From NCBI RefSeq assembly GCF_018350175.1, contig NC_058368.1:238888001-238952000 (forward strand): a DNA stretch of 64,000 nucleotides. The letters run 5' to 3'. The notes beneath the pieces were generated by a model. That model was not told the origin of the DNA. It ran no database searches and was given only the letters and a program-made list of their open reading frames with translations. Of this stretch, positions 62,075 to 64,000 are shown one piece after another. Within the stretch, counting starts at the first letter, position 1. Each line of letters begins with the position of its first letter. A program made the translations under genes and the position numbers. Source of the stretch: Felis catus (Eukaryota).

Positions 62075-64000
62075 TAAACATCCATTGTAATTGACCATCG
62101 GATCATAAACCAAACCCAGGTTCATCTGACCCACCTTCCATTGCTGGACCTTCCACCTGTTTCCATTTCCTTACATTGACAAGTCTGGTGGAGTATTGTT
62201 TCAAAGTTCCTCTTGGGGCTCTTTGGATGGAGCCAGGAGTGTTGGAGCCTGGAGCTGGCACCATGAAACCATAGAGCAGGAAGGATCTAGAAGGGGAGGC
62301 AGGGACTGCCTAAGCCCTGGCCCACATAGCCCCCACTCACCCCCCAGGGAGACAGCAGGAAACTCCATGGCATCCTGTGCTGAGTCCTGGCACACCTGAC
62401 TGCATTGAACTGGGTTTCACGGAATAGTCTCCAACAGGTGTGTGGAAACCACTGAGGGAACACAGCCCTGTCCCAGCTCAGCACCTGCCTGTCCAGAGAC
62501 CCAAGGAAACTGCCTTTCAACTCTGGGGATGCCTTTATCCAGCTCCTCACGAGGTTCCAACCACCCAGGGAGACTAAAACCCAGAAAGTGTGTTCGTGGC
62601 CAGTGCAAGGGGCTGCATGGAGAAATTTGGGGGGAGCCCGGGTGGCTAGGCACTGGACACAGGGGTGGAGGGCCCCCCTGTGCACCGAGCTCTCCATTGC
62701 TTGCAGCCCTCCACAGCTTTCTAGAACATTCCAAGGAGGCTTCTGGGCCTCTCAGCCTCAATCCCCAAACCGTAGGCAGCAACTTTGGGGTCAGTTTATC
62801 CCTAGAGATGAGGCCAGAGAAGCAGACAGACCAATCTGAGGATGTGCCCATGTCCACTGTGCTGGGCAGCTGGAGAGGTGCCCTGGGATGTCTGGACTTT
62901 TCCTAAACCACGGTTCTTGCCAGGGAAGGGGTGGGGGTGGGAAGAGACCTGCGATGTGGGGTGATTTCCCACTTTCCTCAAGACAGGGGAGCTTACCCAT
63001 CCCTGGGAACCAGAGTGGCTGAGGGGTGCTCGCTGTGTGCCTCTGAAGTGCTCTGTTACCTACTATGAGGCGTCCCCTCTCCATCCTGTGGTGTAAGCCA
63101 GCGTCGTGTTGTTTCACTGGCAAGGAAACAGAGTGACCACCTGGGTGCAGTTTTAGGGCACAGGCTCCACACCTGTGCTTTTGTGCCAGTTTTGTGCCAG
63201 GTCCAGCAAACACAGGGGCTCTTGTGCGGCGAGGATGAGCCCACCTCGCCAGTCTCCAGTGAGCCCACTAGACTCACGCATGTGCACCTGCGTGCTCACA
63301 GTCACATACCCTCACACACACGGCCTTCCCCAGCCGGGTGATGGAACCCACCCTTGGCCAGGCTGGAGACATCCCCCACCCAGACAAAGCGGGTGCCCTG
63401 CAAACACACCTCATTCAGAGACTTCATGGAACGTGCCTGTGGTCTGATGTGGCTACTGGTGTCTCCTGAGGGCCACGCTGGGAGGGAGGGAGGGAGGGGC
63501 AGGCGGCCCAGCGGGCACGGTCCTCCCCCCTTCCACCAGCTCCTCCTCCTGAAGAAGCACCTGACGAGGGCTGGCTCGTGCTCACCCACAAACCAAGAGC
63601 CCACCCCCCGCCGTATTTCCAACAGCAAGAGCAGCATTGCTACCTGTGAATTGTCCATGCATCATTTTGCCAACTAACCCCTCTCCTCGGAGTAAAATGA
63701 GATGGGGTGTGAGGCCCCTTCTGGGCTGTTTTAAGGTCAACTATCAAGGGTAGTTTGGGGGGCTCGTGTTAGTATGCTAACCTTGTACGTGGCTAATCGT
63801 AACTCGGAGGAACGGGTGGTGCTGCCTCTGCTCTGGCCCCGGGCCGTGTGGCCAGCAGGGTGGAGGCTGTGGGGGCTGTCCAGGCAGGCGGGGGGACGGG
63901 CCGTGGGTGGCCACGGCTCCAGGCCAGGAGCAAGTCCAGCTGTGTGGACTCCACTTGTCTTTGGGAAGCACTCACGGCACGTGACTCTGCCCCTCATTTC

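Overview
Mammalian genomic DNA, most likely from a felid, judging by abundant SINEC_Fc-type CanSINEs. It holds two convergent protein-coding genes, both assembled by hand from GT-AG splice sites with consistent phases. TPPP (p25alpha) is on the + strand with three coding exons at 7123-18261 (221 aa) and a ~4.2 kb 3' UTR; its non-coding first exon was not identified and is probably upstream of the window. CEP72 is on the - strand with 12 exons at 60590-26669 (631 aa) and a CpG-island promoter at ~60.4-60.85 kb. The rest is intronic or intergenic: about 14 CanSINEs, many with target-site duplications (TSDs), old LINE-1 blocks, MaLR LTRs, MER58 DNA transposons and several G/C-skewed minisatellites. 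Nearly all ORF-track entries are chance ORFs of GC-rich or repeat DNA. I found no evidence of a novel gene system. The most interesting leads are RNA-level and regulatory: mutually complementary VNTRs flanking the first TPPP coding exon, inverted SINEs flanking CEP72 exons 2-4, a duplicated CEP72 exon 7 donor, a candidate poison exon, an RFX/SOX motif cluster in a TPPP intron, and miR-1/206 and QKI sites in the TPPP 3' UTR. Repeat boundaries and family names are by eye and approximate.
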